A DNA stretch of 64,000 nt from Cyclobacteriaceae bacterium (lineage in GTDB: Bacteria; Bacteroidota; Bacteroidia; Cytophagales; Cyclobacteriaceae): the NCBI GenBank assembly GCA_016787725.1, contig JAEUTZ010000005.1, positions 72,317-136,316 on the forward strand. Reading direction: 5' to 3'. Below are positions 29,570 to 40,234 of the stretch, in pieces. The notes beneath the pieces were generated by a model that saw only the letters and a program-made list of their open reading frames with translations, was not told where the DNA came from and did not search any database. A program made the translations under genes and the position numbers. The number at the start of each line of letters is the position of its first letter. Positions within the stretch are counted from its first letter, which is position 1.

Positions 29570-29995
29570 ATGAAAAAGCGCGAGCCAGTGCGTACCATCA
29601 TGACAAAAAACATTCATGTGGTACAGGTAGATGATAAACTCAGTCATGTTCAGGAGATGATGCGAAAATTCGGGGTTCGCCACATTCCTGTAGTTCACAA
29701 AAAGCAATTGGTAGGCATCATTAGTCGTACTGACTTAAACCGTCTTACATTCGGAAATCTTTTTGAAGGTCAGCAGGATGCGGATGAAGCCATTTTAGAA
29801 ATGCTCACACTCAATCAGGTGATGTCGCACAAACCCCGGGTGGTGCGGGTGGATGATACCATTCGAAAAGTGGCTGAGATTCTAGCCGTAGAAGAGTTTC
29901 ATGCCCTGCCCGTGGTGGAAACCGATGATGAAACAAGACTGGTGGGCATTGTTACCACCACCGATGTAATCCGCTATATGCTCGAACAATACTAA
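29570..29995 (+). CDS. CBS-domain protein
   Basis: Two CBS repeats (VRHIPVV..LVGIISRTD; FHALPVV..LVGIVTTTD); start moved to ATG 29570. Confidence 0.88.
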   Translation: MKKREPVRTIMTKNIHVVQVDDKLSHVQEMMRKFGVRHIPVVHKKQLVGIISRTDLNRLTFGNLFEGQQDADEAILEMLTLNQVMSHKPRVVRVDDTIRKVAEILAVEEFHALPVVETDDETRLVGIVTTTDVIRYMLEQY

Positions 29996-30061
29996 TGGAC
30001 AATTGAGAATGGATAATTGACAATGCTTTAGGGCCTCATTATCAATTATCCATTGTCCATT
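29995..30061. repeat. Heptamer-built imperfect inverted repeat between convergent genes (probable terminator)
   Basis: Left arm AATGGAC-AATTGAG-AATGGAT-AATTGAC-AATG; right arm CATTATCAATTATCCATTGTCCATT. Confidence 0.65.
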
Positions 30062-30066
30062 AACAA

Positions 30067-30924
30067 TTACTTCAATCTTGCTTTGAAGAACTCCAGGGTA
30101 TTTTTGTAGGCATCCGCTGTAAATTCCGGGTTGAACTTTGGATTGCTCGGGTTGGCAAAGGCGTGATCGGCATCGTAAGCTTTGGTGGTGAGATTTTTCC
30201 CGGCTGCTTTCATGTTCGCTTCAAACTTATCCATCATCTCCTTATTGATCCACTGATCTTGTGTTGGCCAGATATTCAGTACATCGGCATTTAATGTCTT
30301 CAGGCGTTCTACATCGGATTCCGGCATGCCGTAATAGATCACACACGCAGCGGCCTGTTTGCCAGCAGTTAAGCTAGCTTGTATGGATTGACCCCCGCCA
30401 AAGCACCAGCCAATGGTTCCGATTTTGGCATTCTTACCCGCATAGTCAATCGCACCCTTTACTATAGAGTTACCGCGATCCTGTTTGAACTCACCCATGA
30501 ACTTACCTGCCTCCTCGCGCGTGGTAGCCAGCTTGCCATCGTACATATCAATCGCCAGTACATTTACATTTCCTAAATCACCATACAGTTTTTCTGACTC
30601 CCTTTTGATATGGTCGTTCAACCCCCACCATTCCTGGAAAACAAAAATCCAGTTGTTGGTTTTCTTTTTTGCCATTAATACATACCCGTTGGCCTCTTTC
30701 CCATCCGGAGCTTTGAAGGTGATCATCTTTCCTACCTCACTTTGATGAATGTACGGCAGGGGATTCGGATGCGACATATTGAAGTCTTCGTCCTGGGCAA
30801 AAAGGGCGAACTTCTCGGTGGGCGTAGTGTGGCAAATGGTAATGCCATCCTGGAGTGTCAGCTCCTGCGCGCGGGCAACAATGCCTGCGAACATCAAGAG
30901 CATCCCTAGTTTAATTGCTTTCAT
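30067..30924 (-). CDS. Dienelactone hydrolase family protein (exported)
   Basis: QEWWGLN, GWCFGGG nucleophile and ADHAFANPS motifs. Confidence 0.9.
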   Translation of the reverse strand: MKAIKLGMLLMFAGIVARAQELTLQDGITICHTTPTEKFALFAQDEDFNMSHPNPLPYIHQSEVGKMITFKAPDGKEANGYVLMAKKKTNNWIFVFQEWWGLNDHIKRESEKLYGDLGNVNVLAIDMYDGKLATTREEAGKFMGEFKQDRGNSIVKGAIDYAGKNAKIGTIGWCFGGGQSIQASLTAGKQAAACVIYYGMPESDVERLKTLNADVLNIWPTQDQWINKEMMDKFEANMKAAGKNLTTKAYDADHAFANPSNPKFNPEFTADAYKNTLEFFKARLK

Positions 30925-30947
30925 AGTTTATTTGTGTTGGTTGATGA

Positions 30948-31418
30948 TTAGTCCTTCAATTGACCGGAGAGTACCCGGTCGTAAGTAATGTAATCCGTAT
31001 TAACCGGTTCTAACCCGTGCTGTCGCAATAGCATGGCTACTTGCCCGCGATGATAACTGCCATGATTAACCAGGTGAATCATGATTTGTTCAACGTTGTT
31101 TTCAAAATAATCACCCACGTAGTTCTGGTATTTCAGTATCCGATTAAAATCCGTTTGTGATTGGATGTACCCGCTCCACTGCCGGTCGGCTTCTTCCACC
31201 ATGGTTTTCAGGATGGCTAATGGATAGCTGCCCCATAGTTTGTATTCGCTTTTTGGCAATCCTTTAATCCGGTTTAGCCAGATAAAGTTGGCGGCCAGGA
31301 GGTGACCCATCACCGTCAGGATTTTTTCATCGGTTACATTTTGTTGATCCAGACAAGCCAGTACCCTGCGGTTGGCCCAGGCATTATAGGCATACCATTT
31401 CAAAAAGAATTCTTTCAT
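30948..31418 (-). CDS. DinB/YfiT family protein
   Basis: YNAWAN start, GHLL, HLVNHGSYHRGQ motifs. Confidence 0.88.
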   Translation of the reverse strand: MKEFFLKWYAYNAWANRRVLACLDQQNVTDEKILTVMGHLLAANFIWLNRIKGLPKSEYKLWGSYPLAILKTMVEEADRQWSGYIQSQTDFNRILKYQNYVGDYFENNVEQIMIHLVNHGSYHRGQVAMLLRQHGLEPVNTDYITYDRVLSGQLKD

Positions 31419-31466
31419 CCCTCGTTGATTATTTCGAAAAAATGGAAGGGAAGTTACGAGGAATAT

Positions 31467-32696
31467 TTATAAAATCTCGGAGGCCTGGCGTTGAAAGGGT
31501 TGGCGCTTTAAGTAGGTGGTACTTCGCCACAGCCATTCTGCCGGTCCATACTTATACTTTTGAAGCCACCACCGGCTTCCATAAATCTGTAAAATAAAAA
31601 TGGTTAACCCAAACCCCACCGAAGCAAGGGCTCCCACCTCACCCAACAGACCAGCTCCGATACCAAAGAAAATGAGAACCCCAAACAACGTTTGCATTAA
31701 ATAGGTGGTTAAGCCCATGCGACCTACCTCATAAAAAATCATAAGTCGGTGGCGCCAGCGATCTTCATCAAATAACAAAATAATCCCTGCCACATAGACA
31801 GAAGCCATGGCCAGGTTGGCGGCATCATAAAACAATCCCCCTACTGCCCATTGTAACAGTTCAGGCATCGGAAGCTTTAAAATTTGAACACTGCCGAAAA
31901 ATGCAGCCGCCAGTAGGATTAGGCCCAGTAGTAACCATAGCGCACGTTTCAACAAGATTCTTTTTATCCAGGGTCGGTAATCATCCAGACTTTCGAAAAA
32001 GCGCTTACGTCCCGCATACAGCCCTAGTAAAAAAAGTCCCATCGTAATATAAATCCGGCCAGACTCTACCTGGTATCGGTACTTGAATTCCAACTCATAA
32101 AAGTTTGCCTTCAGCAATTCGGCATACGTTCCGGTTTTCACTATGCGATAGTATTCTTCATTCGCGGCATCATTGGTCTTAAACTGATCATCAATTGTTG
32201 ATTCCGGAGCCTGCAACGAGCCGATCCCTCGTTGCACTGCAGCGGGCACGTCCAGTGTGAGCACAAGTGCAACCGTCAGCAAAAATTTGTCCGGCAATTT
32301 GTTCGCAAGCAGTAACCCAACACCCAGCATAGCATAGATGGTAAGGATGTCACCCCGGTAGTGCAAATGATGAATCAGACCGATCACCAGCAACGTTGTT
32401 AGCCTCCATAAAAAGCGAAGGCTAAACCGCCATCCTGTATTGGTGCGATCCGATTGCAAAAAGAAACTAAGCCCAAATAAAAATGAAAAGATCATGAAGA
32501 ACTTGCCTGCGACAAAAATGCCGAGGAATCCCATCACGATATCATCGCCCAAAAAGTGGCTGGTAAAGTTAGGGTGCGAGGGTGGGTGCGCGCCCGCATA
32601 GTACTGATCTGAATAATGGATCAGGGCAATTCCTAATAGGGTAAAGCCACGAAGCACATCGACAAGTACAATGCGGGGTGAGGACAATCTTTGCAT
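31467..32696 (-). CDS. DUF418 (YeiB-like) membrane protein
   Basis: DVLRGFTLLGI, FSFLFG, GDILTIYA, GRMGLTTYLMQT and YGPAEWLWR motifs. Confidence 0.88.
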   Translation of the reverse strand: MQRLSSPRIVLVDVLRGFTLLGIALIHYSDQYYAGAHPPSHPNFTSHFLGDDIVMGFLGIFVAGKFFMIFSFLFGLSFFLQSDRTNTGWRFSLRFLWRLTTLLVIGLIHHLHYRGDILTIYAMLGVGLLLANKLPDKFLLTVALVLTLDVPAAVQRGIGSLQAPESTIDDQFKTNDAANEEYYRIVKTGTYAELLKANFYELEFKYRYQVESGRIYITMGLFLLGLYAGRKRFFESLDDYRPWIKRILLKRALWLLLGLILLAAAFFGSVQILKLPMPELLQWAVGGLFYDAANLAMASVYVAGIILLFDEDRWRHRLMIFYEVGRMGLTTYLMQTLFGVLIFFGIGAGLLGEVGALASVGFGLTIFILQIYGSRWWLQKYKYGPAEWLWRSTTYLKRQPFQRQASEIL

Positions 32697-32762
32697 GAAT
32701 CAGGCGGTTTCGGAAAGAGAGACAATTTCCAACAGCGATACCCCTAGTTACACCTTTTAGGC

Positions 32763-33707
32763 CTACTTCGAAACCCGCTTCAGTCCTTCCTCCGCCTCCT
32801 TCAATGTAGCATCTGATTTTAGGGCTAACTCATACAGCGATTTTGCTTCGGCTTTCTTTCCTCGCTTCTCCAGGATTTGCGCCAGTCGCATGTTGGCCGC
32901 TGCATGACTCGGCTCATTCTTCTGCGGTTTGTAGGCAAGGTACTTTCGCAAGTACTTCTCGCCATCTTCCAGGCGTTGGCCGCTCAGGGCACTCATCTTG
33001 CCCAATTGATAAATCGCCATCATATCTTCCGGATTCTTTTTCAACTGATCTTCGAACAGCAGAGACGCTTTATCATAGTTTTTTTGATTGATGTAAAAGT
33101 TCGCTAAACTCTGCGTATAGGATGGATCTGCTTTCACCATGGCCACAAATTCTTTCTCCGCTTCGGCCCACTTCTTTTCACGGTAATAAATATTCCCTAA
33201 TTGACGATGTCCCTCAGCCGGCTTTAGCCTGACGATTTCGTTGGCCAGTTCAATGGCCCGTTCTGTACTGCCTCCGGCAATGGCCGGGGCCTGTTGATAA
33301 TACAGTATTAACGATTGGCGGGCTTCAATGGACTTTGGGTCCAATTCCAGCGCGCGTTCCCATGCCCCCTTCATTTTTGGTGCCAGGGTGGCTTGCTTGA
33401 AGAAGTTTGCATCCCCGGCTATCGTGCCGAGGGTATTTCCATACCAGTTGTGATAATCCGCCACTTTATCATTCACCTCAATAGCGGCTTCAAAATACTC
33501 CTCAGCCTGATCATACTCTTTGGCATCATAGGCCAGACGCCCGAGATAATATTGCGCCTCGGCAAACTCCTTACTCTCCTTTTTTACGGTAAGTAAGAGC
33601 TTCCTGGCCTCCACAGGCTTTTGTTCATCATAGAGTTTTTTGGCTTTATCAACTGTCTGCGCACAAAGGGCAATGGGCAGGAACAGGAATAGCAGGATTG
33701 ATTTCAT
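32763..33707 (-). CDS. Exported tetratricopeptide-repeat protein
   Basis: Signal peptide MKSILLFLFLPIALCA; multiple TPRs; start moved from 33758. Confidence 0.8.
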   Translation of the reverse strand: MKSILLFLFLPIALCAQTVDKAKKLYDEQKPVEARKLLLTVKKESKEFAEAQYYLGRLAYDAKEYDQAEEYFEAAIEVNDKVADYHNWYGNTLGTIAGDANFFKQATLAPKMKGAWERALELDPKSIEARQSLILYYQQAPAIAGGSTERAIELANEIVRLKPAEGHRQLGNIYYREKKWAEAEKEFVAMVKADPSYTQSLANFYINQKNYDKASLLFEDQLKKNPEDMMAIYQLGKMSALSGQRLEDGEKYLRKYLAYKPQKNEPSHAAANMRLAQILEKRGKKAEAKSLYELALKSDATLKEAEEGLKRVSK

Positions 33708-33809
33708 AAGGTTACAGACATCTATAATAACGAATCCGTTGCATGATGGGTTTTCCAATCTAACGCGACTTTCACCGAATTGTTGAAAATTCAGACTCAG
33801 TTGTGTGAA

Positions 33810-33827
33810 TTAATATACCCTTAATAC
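33810..33827 (+). promoter_or_regulatory. Candidate Pho box upstream of phoD
   Basis: TTAATAT-ACCC-TTAATAC (11-bp period), just upstream of the -7-like TAATTTTA (33835-33842). Confidence 0.45.
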
Positions 33828-33867
33828 GATTCGCTAATTTTACCGATAGCTTAGTAAAAAAATTATT

Positions 33868-35409
33868 ATGAAGCCTCTGTTTATTGTTTTTTGCTCAAGT
33901 CTTCTCCTTTATGCGTGTGCGCCCAAAGAAAAACCACCTGAAAAATTTGTGGACCCTGTTGCCGAATTGTTTGATTCGTCACTCGCGCCCTTTTATCACG
34001 GTGTTGCCTCGGGCGATCCGCTGGCCGACCGGGTGATTATCTGGACCCGGGTTACCCCGGAAACCGTAATCGACTCCATTCCGGTGATCTGGGAAGTAGC
34101 AGAAACTCGTGACTTCACCACCCTCCTGAAATCAGATTCATTGACTGCCACCGCAGCGCATGACTATACCGTGAAAGTAGATGTCCCTCAATTGCAACCA
34201 GGCAAAACATATTATTATCGCTTTCATGCTCTTGGAAAAACCTCAGCCACCGGCAGAACGAAAACAACCCCTGTTACTTCGCTCGATAGTCTAAAGTTTG
34301 CGGTGGTGAGTTGCAGCAATTGGGAGTGGGGCTACTTCAACGCCTACGATAAAATTGCCGACCACGATGATCTGGATGCGGTAGTCCATCTGGGCGACTA
34401 CATTTACGAATATGGTCGAGGCGGCTATGGCGATACCACCATCCGTAAAAATCTTCCGCCTTACGAAATCGTTTCGTTAAGCGACTACCGTACCCGACAC
34501 TCACAATACCGGCTTGATAAAGGGCTTCGCAGAATGAGTGAACGTCATCCACTGATTGCCATCTGGGATGACCATGAGGTTGCCAATAATGTCTATTCGG
34601 CAGGGGCTCAGAATCACCAACCTGATAAAGAGGGTGATTTTGAAAAACGAAAAGCTGCTGCCGTTCAGGCCTATTACGAATGGCTGCCCATCCGCGAAGA
34701 CGGGCATCATTACCGGTCCTTTTCCTATGGTTCGTTGGCAGACCTGATTATGTTGGACGAACGTCTGGAGGGCAGAACGCGTCCGGTAGACAGCATAACA
34801 GCACCCAACTATCTGGCCGACCGGACCATGTTAGGTGCAGATCAGTTAACGTGGTTGGAGAACTCTCTTCAATCATCCACAGCCACCTGGAAAGTACTCG
34901 GCAATCAGGTCATGTTTTCCGATATTGAATTGAGTGTGGTGTACCCTAACATGCCTCGTAACCTAGACTCCTGGGATGGCTACCCCACGGAGAAGAAAAA
35001 GCTGAAGGATTTTATTCTCAATCACCAACTGAAAGACCTGATTTTCCTTACCGGAGATACGCATGCCAGCTGGGCTATTGAAGTGGCCACCGAGGTAAAG
35101 AAAACGTATAACCCAAAAACTTCGGTCGGTGCCTTTGCCATTGAATTGGGAACGACCAGCGTTTCCTCCGCCAACGACAATGAATATCATGCTACGGATA
35201 CAGTGAAGAGAATGGAAGCTGCTTTGTTGAAAATGAATCCGCACATCAAATACCTGAATGCACGCGATCATGGGTACCTGTTGCTAAGCCTCTATCCCGA
35301 CCGTATGTTGGGCGAATGGTATTACCTCGAAACCCTGCGGCAACCCGAATCCAATGAATTTCTGGGCAAGAAAGTAACGGTAACGAAAGGCACTGTTCAA
35401 TTGAAATAG
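33868..35409 (+). CDS. phoD: Alkaline phosphatase D family lipoprotein
   Basis: Lipobox LYAC; HGVASGDP, SCSN, HLGDYIYEY, WDDHEVANN, DSWDGY and TGDTH motifs. Confidence 0.93.
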   Translation: MKPLFIVFCSSLLLYACAPKEKPPEKFVDPVAELFDSSLAPFYHGVASGDPLADRVIIWTRVTPETVIDSIPVIWEVAETRDFTTLLKSDSLTATAAHDYTVKVDVPQLQPGKTYYYRFHALGKTSATGRTKTTPVTSLDSLKFAVVSCSNWEWGYFNAYDKIADHDDLDAVVHLGDYIYEYGRGGYGDTTIRKNLPPYEIVSLSDYRTRHSQYRLDKGLRRMSERHPLIAIWDDHEVANNVYSAGAQNHQPDKEGDFEKRKAAAVQAYYEWLPIREDGHHYRSFSYGSLADLIMLDERLEGRTRPVDSITAPNYLADRTMLGADQLTWLENSLQSSTATWKVLGNQVMFSDIELSVVYPNMPRNLDSWDGYPTEKKKLKDFILNHQLKDLIFLTGDTHASWAIEVATEVKKTYNPKTSVGAFAIELGTTSVSSANDNEYHATDTVKRMEAALLKMNPHIKYLNARDHGYLLLSLYPDRMLGEWYYLETLRQPESNEFLGKKVTVTKGTVQLK

Positions 35410-35421
35410 GTATCTTGGAAG

Positions 35422-36852
35422 ATGCTTCGCGCGCTTAGCCTCTTCCTTGCCATCTTCTTTATTAACGTCACTGTACCTGCACAGAAAAGGCCCAATGTTG
35501 TTCTGATCTTCATGGACGACATGGGGTATGGGGACCTTGGTGTAACGGGTGCGTTACAATATCAAACTCCGGCCATCGATCAACTGGCCTCGGAAGGCAT
35601 CCGGTTTACAAATTTTCTTGCCGTGCAGGCAGTATGTTCCGCTTCGCGAGCGGGCTTGCTTACCGGCATGTATCCGAACCGAATCGGAATTACCGGAGCC
35701 TTGTTTCCCAATAGCAAAATTGGAATTCACCCCAATGAAATAACCCTCGCTGAGTTGTTGAAACAAAACGGGTATGCAACCGGCATGGTGGGCAAGTGGC
35801 ACCTGGGCGATCATGAAAAATTTTTACCGTTACAAAACGGGTTTGATGAATACTTTGGCCTTCCGTTCTCAAACGACATGTGGCCGGTAGATTATAACGG
35901 CAGCCCGGCCACCGACTGGCGCAAAGATTCCTTTCCGCCTCTCTTTATACTCGAGGGCAATGAAAAGAAGTTACCGGTCACTACCTTGGCGGATCAGGGC
36001 GAACTGACACGGCAGTACACCGAACGGGCAGTTGAATTCATAAGACGAAAAAAAAGCACGCCTTTCTTTCTCTATTTCGCACATTCCATGCCGCACGTGC
36101 CCATCCAGGCTTCCGCCCGGTTTAAAGGAAAGAGTCAACAAGGACTCTATGGAGATGTAATGATGGAAGCCGATTGGTCGGTGGGAGAAATTCTCAAAGC
36201 CTTGAAAGAAAATAACCTCGATAAAAACACCATCGTGATTTTTACAAGCGATAACGGGCCGTGGCTTAACTATGGAAATCATGCCGGCTCCACCGGGGGG
36301 TTGCGCGAAGGCAAGGGCACTTCGTTTGAAGGCGGAACCCGGGTACCCTGCATAATCCGATGGCCTGAAAAAATCAAAGGTGCACAAATCAGCAACAGCT
36401 TATCCTCTACCATCGATCTGCTTCCAACCTTAGCCGATCTACTGACTATTCCGCTCACCTTATCACCGGATGGTGTAAGCCTGAAGCCGGTGCTATTGGA
36501 AGATGTAAAAGCACAACCCCGAAAAGAATTTTATTACTACTATCGTAGAAATGCGCTCGAAGCGGTACGATGGAACGATTGGAAACTGGTTTTACCCCAC
36601 CGGGGTCGTACGTACGAAAATTTTGAGATGGGGTTGAACGGGTACCCTGGTAAGGTGAATGAGAACGACTCCATACCCCAGGCGCTGTACGATTTAAGGC
36701 GCGACCCCGGTGAGCGCTATGATGTGCAAACCCAATTTCCGGAAATTGTTCAGCATTTGTTAATGCTCACTGCCAAAGCACGGGAAGATTTAGGGGATGA
36801 TCTGGTCAACGTTCCCGGCAATCATCGCAGGGAACCGGGCCGCATTCAGTAA
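35422..36852 (+). CDS. Sulfatase-family (formylglycine) hydrolase
   Basis: PNVVLIFMDDMGYGD, CSASRAGLLTG, GKWHLG, SDNG and GKGTSFEGGTRVP motifs. Confidence 0.9.
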   Translation: MLRALSLFLAIFFINVTVPAQKRPNVVLIFMDDMGYGDLGVTGALQYQTPAIDQLASEGIRFTNFLAVQAVCSASRAGLLTGMYPNRIGITGALFPNSKIGIHPNEITLAELLKQNGYATGMVGKWHLGDHEKFLPLQNGFDEYFGLPFSNDMWPVDYNGSPATDWRKDSFPPLFILEGNEKKLPVTTLADQGELTRQYTERAVEFIRRKKSTPFFLYFAHSMPHVPIQASARFKGKSQQGLYGDVMMEADWSVGEILKALKENNLDKNTIVIFTSDNGPWLNYGNHAGSTGGLREGKGTSFEGGTRVPCIIRWPEKIKGAQISNSLSSTIDLLPTLADLLTIPLTLSPDGVSLKPVLLEDVKAQPRKEFYYYYRRNALEAVRWNDWKLVLPHRGRTYENFEMGLNGYPGKVNENDSIPQALYDLRRDPGERYDVQTQFPEIVQHLLMLTAKAREDLGDDLVNVPGNHRREPGRIQ

Positions 36853-36951
36853 CAATTGGATTGAATTTGATGTAAACGCAGACCCTCCTTACTCAAGCGG
36901 TGATGGTTTCTAATGCCTTCACCCTAATATTGATTTTCAATTTTCCTACTT

Positions 36952-39900
36952 ATGAAATCATTACGCTCGCTTATTCTTATTTCTGCTCTGTCGATTAGTG
37001 ACAATGCTTTCTCGCAAGGCACCATGTTGTTGCGCCAACCAACCATCAGCAATACCGATATTGTATTTGTGTATGCCAATGATTTGTGGAGGGTGGCGAA
37101 GGACGGAGGCGATGCCCGCAGGCTCACCAGCAATGAAGGCGCTGAAAGCAATCCGCACTTCTCTCCGGACGGAAAACTTATTGCCTTTACGGGACAATAC
37201 GATGGTAACACCGATGTATACGTGATCCCTGTGGAAGGGGGCCAACCTCAACGCCTGACCTGGCACCCAGGGGCCGATCAGGTAACGGGCTGGACACCCG
37301 ATGGTGAATCCATTTTGTTCGCTACCAGTCGCGAAGGTGTGTTGCCTACCCGGGAATCAAAAATCTACACGATCAACAAAAGAGGCGGAGTAGAAGAAGC
37401 ACTTCCTATCCCCCGTGCCGTGGCTGGAGAAATTTCAGAAGATGGAAAGTACATCGCCTATCAGCAGATTGGCTTTTGGGATCCGGAATGGCGAAACTAC
37501 CGCGGAGGCCAGGCCAAACCAATCTGGATTGTTGCCTTGAAAAACTTTGAGTTGAAAATGACACCCCAACCCGACAACGAACGACACACTGATCCGGTCT
37601 GGTTGAATAATGTGGTGTACTTTTTATCTGAACGCGACTATGCCAACAACATCTGGTCATTCAACCCTGCCAATAACGAATTAAAACAGCTCTCTTTTCA
37701 TACTGACTTCGATGCGAAAAGCCTGGATGCCGGTGGCGGACAAATTGTGTATGAGCAGGGTGGATATTTGCATGTGCTGAATCCTGTCAACGGGCAAACT
37801 AAAAAACTCAACATCAATGTGCGGGGTGATTTTCATTGGTCGCGGCCACGGTGGGAAGAGATTCGGACTACGGCCTTGCAGAACGCATCGTTGTCACCGA
37901 CTGGTCAGCGTGCATTGTTTCAATATCGGGGCGAAATTTTTACTGTGCCAAAGGAAAATGGTAACTGGCGAAATATTTCTAACTCTTCAGGCGCTGCCGA
38001 CCGATATCCGGCCTGGTCGCCCGATGGAAAACGAATTGCCTGGTTCAGCGATGCCAGTGGCGAGTATCAGTTAATGATCAGCGACCAGGAAGGGTTGGAA
38101 AAACCCAAAGCCATCGCCATCCCGAATCCCACCTTCTTCTACTCCCCCGCCTGGTCACCTGATAACAAGTACATTGCTTTTACCGATACCGATTACAATC
38201 TATGGTACACGGATGTCAATACAGGCGTGACTAAAAAAGTTGACACCGAACGGTATGCACACCCCAATCGCACGATGAATCCTGTGTGGTCGCCTGACAG
38301 CAAATGGATTGCTTACCCCCGATTAAATGATAGTCAATTCAAAGTAATCAAGGTGCACAACATTGAAACGAATCAAACTCTTCAACTCACCGATGGCATG
38401 GCCGATGCAATTACACCCGTATGGGATGCCACCGGAAAATACCTGTACTTTCTCGCCAGTACAAACTATGCGCTCAATATCGGCTGGCTGGACATGAGTT
38501 CGTATGATCGTCCTGTGACACGCGCCTTGTACCTGATCGTGCTGAACAAAGACGATGCTTCGCCTTTGTTGCCTCGAAGCGATGAAGAAAAAGAAAAACC
38601 AAAAGAAGAAAAGAAGGAGGTAACTCCTGTTGTAAAAATTGATATGGAGGGTATTAGCCAGCGCATTGTAGCGGTGGATATACCCTTGAGAAATTATACG
38701 GGATTGGTCAATGGTCCTGAGAATTATATCTTCTATCTGGAAAACGTGCCCAACCAGCAAGGCGCCACCTTGCATCGTTATAACTTCAAAGATCGCAAGT
38801 CAGAAGTTTATCTTACCCCCGTCAATGATGTTTCGGTATCCTCCGATCGCAAGCAACTGCTTTACCGCAGCACCAACACCTGGGGTATTCTTGGCACAGC
38901 AGACACTAATAAAAAGCCAGGCGATGGGAAACTAGAAGGTGTTGCAACCCTGAAACTGAAAATCGAGCCGCGGGAGGAATGGATGCAAATCTTTAAAGAA
39001 GGCTGGCGTTATCAGCGCGATTTTCTTTATGTAAACAACACTCATGGAGCCCCCTGGAACGATGTGTTGAAATGGTACACCCCCTGGCTTGAACATGTGC
39101 AACATCGCAGCGACCTGCTGTATGTAGTGGATATTATGGGTGGTGAAATTGCGGTAGGCCACAGCTACACCCGGGGTGGGGATTTCCCAGATGTAAAAGA
39201 AGTATCCATTGGGTTGCTGGGGGTTGATTACGAAGTGGACAACAAACTCTACCGCATTAAAAAAATCTATTCGGGTGAAAACTGGAACCCCGGTCTCAAC
39301 GCCCCTTTGCGCGGGCCCGGTATAGGCGTTAAAGAAGGCGATTACATTCTCGAAGTAAATGGGATGTCCGTGTCAACTTCCGAAAATATTTATAAATACT
39401 TCGAAGCAACCGCTGGCCGGCAAACCAAAGTTCGTGTAAACAGCAAGCCATCGCTGGATGGTTCAAAACTTGTTACCGTAGTTCCGGTTGACAATGAAAA
39501 TCAATTGCGCATGATGCACTGGATTGAAAGCAACCGTAAAAAAGTAGATGAACTTTCGAAAGGGCAGCTGGCTTATGTGTACCTGCCCAACACTGCGCTC
39601 CCTGGGTACACCAATTTCAACCGGTACTATTTCGCACAACAAGATCGCAAGGGTGCCATCATAGATGAACGCAATAACGGAGGTGGCTCCGCAGCCGATT
39701 ACATGGTGGATGTGATGGCGCGGCAATTGCATGGCTACTTCAACAGCAAAGTAGGCGATCACAAACCTTTCCTTACGCCCAATGCCGGCATCTTCGGGCC
39801 CAAAGTAATGTTGATTAACGAGCGGGCCGGTTCCGGTGGAGATTTGTTGCCCTACATGTTTAACAAAATGAAAATCGGACCGCTGGTGGGAACCAAAACG

Positions 39901-40188
39901 TGGGGTGGCCTGGTGGGCACATGGGATACTCCCCCCTTTGTGGATGGTGGAACCATGATTGCCCCGCGCGGAGGGTTCTATGACATTAACGGCCAATGGG
40001 CAGTAGAAGGTGTAGGTATTTCACCGGACATTGCCGTAGAGCAAACTCCGGCCGATGTAATAAAAGGCCGCGATCCGCAACTGGAGCGGGCCGTTGAGGA
40101 AGCACTGAAATTAGTAAAGACCCAGAGCCTGGAAATCAAGCCCGAGCCCGCACCACCGGTTAAGTACAAGCGTCCGGTAAAGAAGTAA
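36952..40188 (+). CDS. Tricorn protease homologue (S41 peptidase with propellers and PDZ)
   Basis: LLRQPTIS start; PD40 propellers; HSY; IDERNNGGG; catalytic AGSGGD; KTWGGLVG; EGVGISPDI. Confidence 0.93.
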   Translation: MKSLRSLILISALSISDNAFSQGTMLLRQPTISNTDIVFVYANDLWRVAKDGGDARRLTSNEGAESNPHFSPDGKLIAFTGQYDGNTDVYVIPVEGGQPQRLTWHPGADQVTGWTPDGESILFATSREGVLPTRESKIYTINKRGGVEEALPIPRAVAGEISEDGKYIAYQQIGFWDPEWRNYRGGQAKPIWIVALKNFELKMTPQPDNERHTDPVWLNNVVYFLSERDYANNIWSFNPANNELKQLSFHTDFDAKSLDAGGGQIVYEQGGYLHVLNPVNGQTKKLNINVRGDFHWSRPRWEEIRTTALQNASLSPTGQRALFQYRGEIFTVPKENGNWRNISNSSGAADRYPAWSPDGKRIAWFSDASGEYQLMISDQEGLEKPKAIAIPNPTFFYSPAWSPDNKYIAFTDTDYNLWYTDVNTGVTKKVDTERYAHPNRTMNPVWSPDSKWIAYPRLNDSQFKVIKVHNIETNQTLQLTDGMADAITPVWDATGKYLYFLASTNYALNIGWLDMSSYDRPVTRALYLIVLNKDDASPLLPRSDEEKEKPKEEKKEVTPVVKIDMEGISQRIVAVDIPLRNYTGLVNGPENYIFYLENVPNQQGATLHRYNFKDRKSEVYLTPVNDVSVSSDRKQLLYRSTNTWGILGTADTNKKPGDGKLEGVATLKLKIEPREEWMQIFKEGWRYQRDFLYVNNTHGAPWNDVLKWYTPWLEHVQHRSDLLYVVDIMGGEIAVGHSYTRGGDFPDVKEVSIGLLGVDYEVDNKLYRIKKIYSGENWNPGLNAPLRGPGIGVKEGDYILEVNGMSVSTSENIYKYFEATAGRQTKVRVNSKPSLDGSKLVTVVPVDNENQLRMMHWIESNRKKVDELSKGQLAYVYLPNTALPGYTNFNRYYFAQQDRKGAIIDERNNGGGSAADYMVDVMARQLHGYFNSKVGDHKPFLTPNAGIFGPKVMLINERAGSGGDLLPYMFNKMKIGPLVGTKTWGGLVGTWDTPPFVDGGTMIAPRGGFYDINGQWAVEGVGISPDIAVEQTPADVIKGRDPQLERAVEEALKLVKTQSLEIKPEPAPPVKYKRPVKK

Positions 40189-40202
40189 AGGCCAACAGTG
40201 AA

Positions 40203-40234
40203 GCCGCCTTCTTCATTAATAGGAAGAAGGCGGC
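40203..40234. terminator. Strong hairpin after the tricorn gene
   Basis: GCCGCCTTCTTC-ATTAATAG-GAAGAAGGCGGC, perfect 12-bp stem; weak U-tract. Confidence 0.6.
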
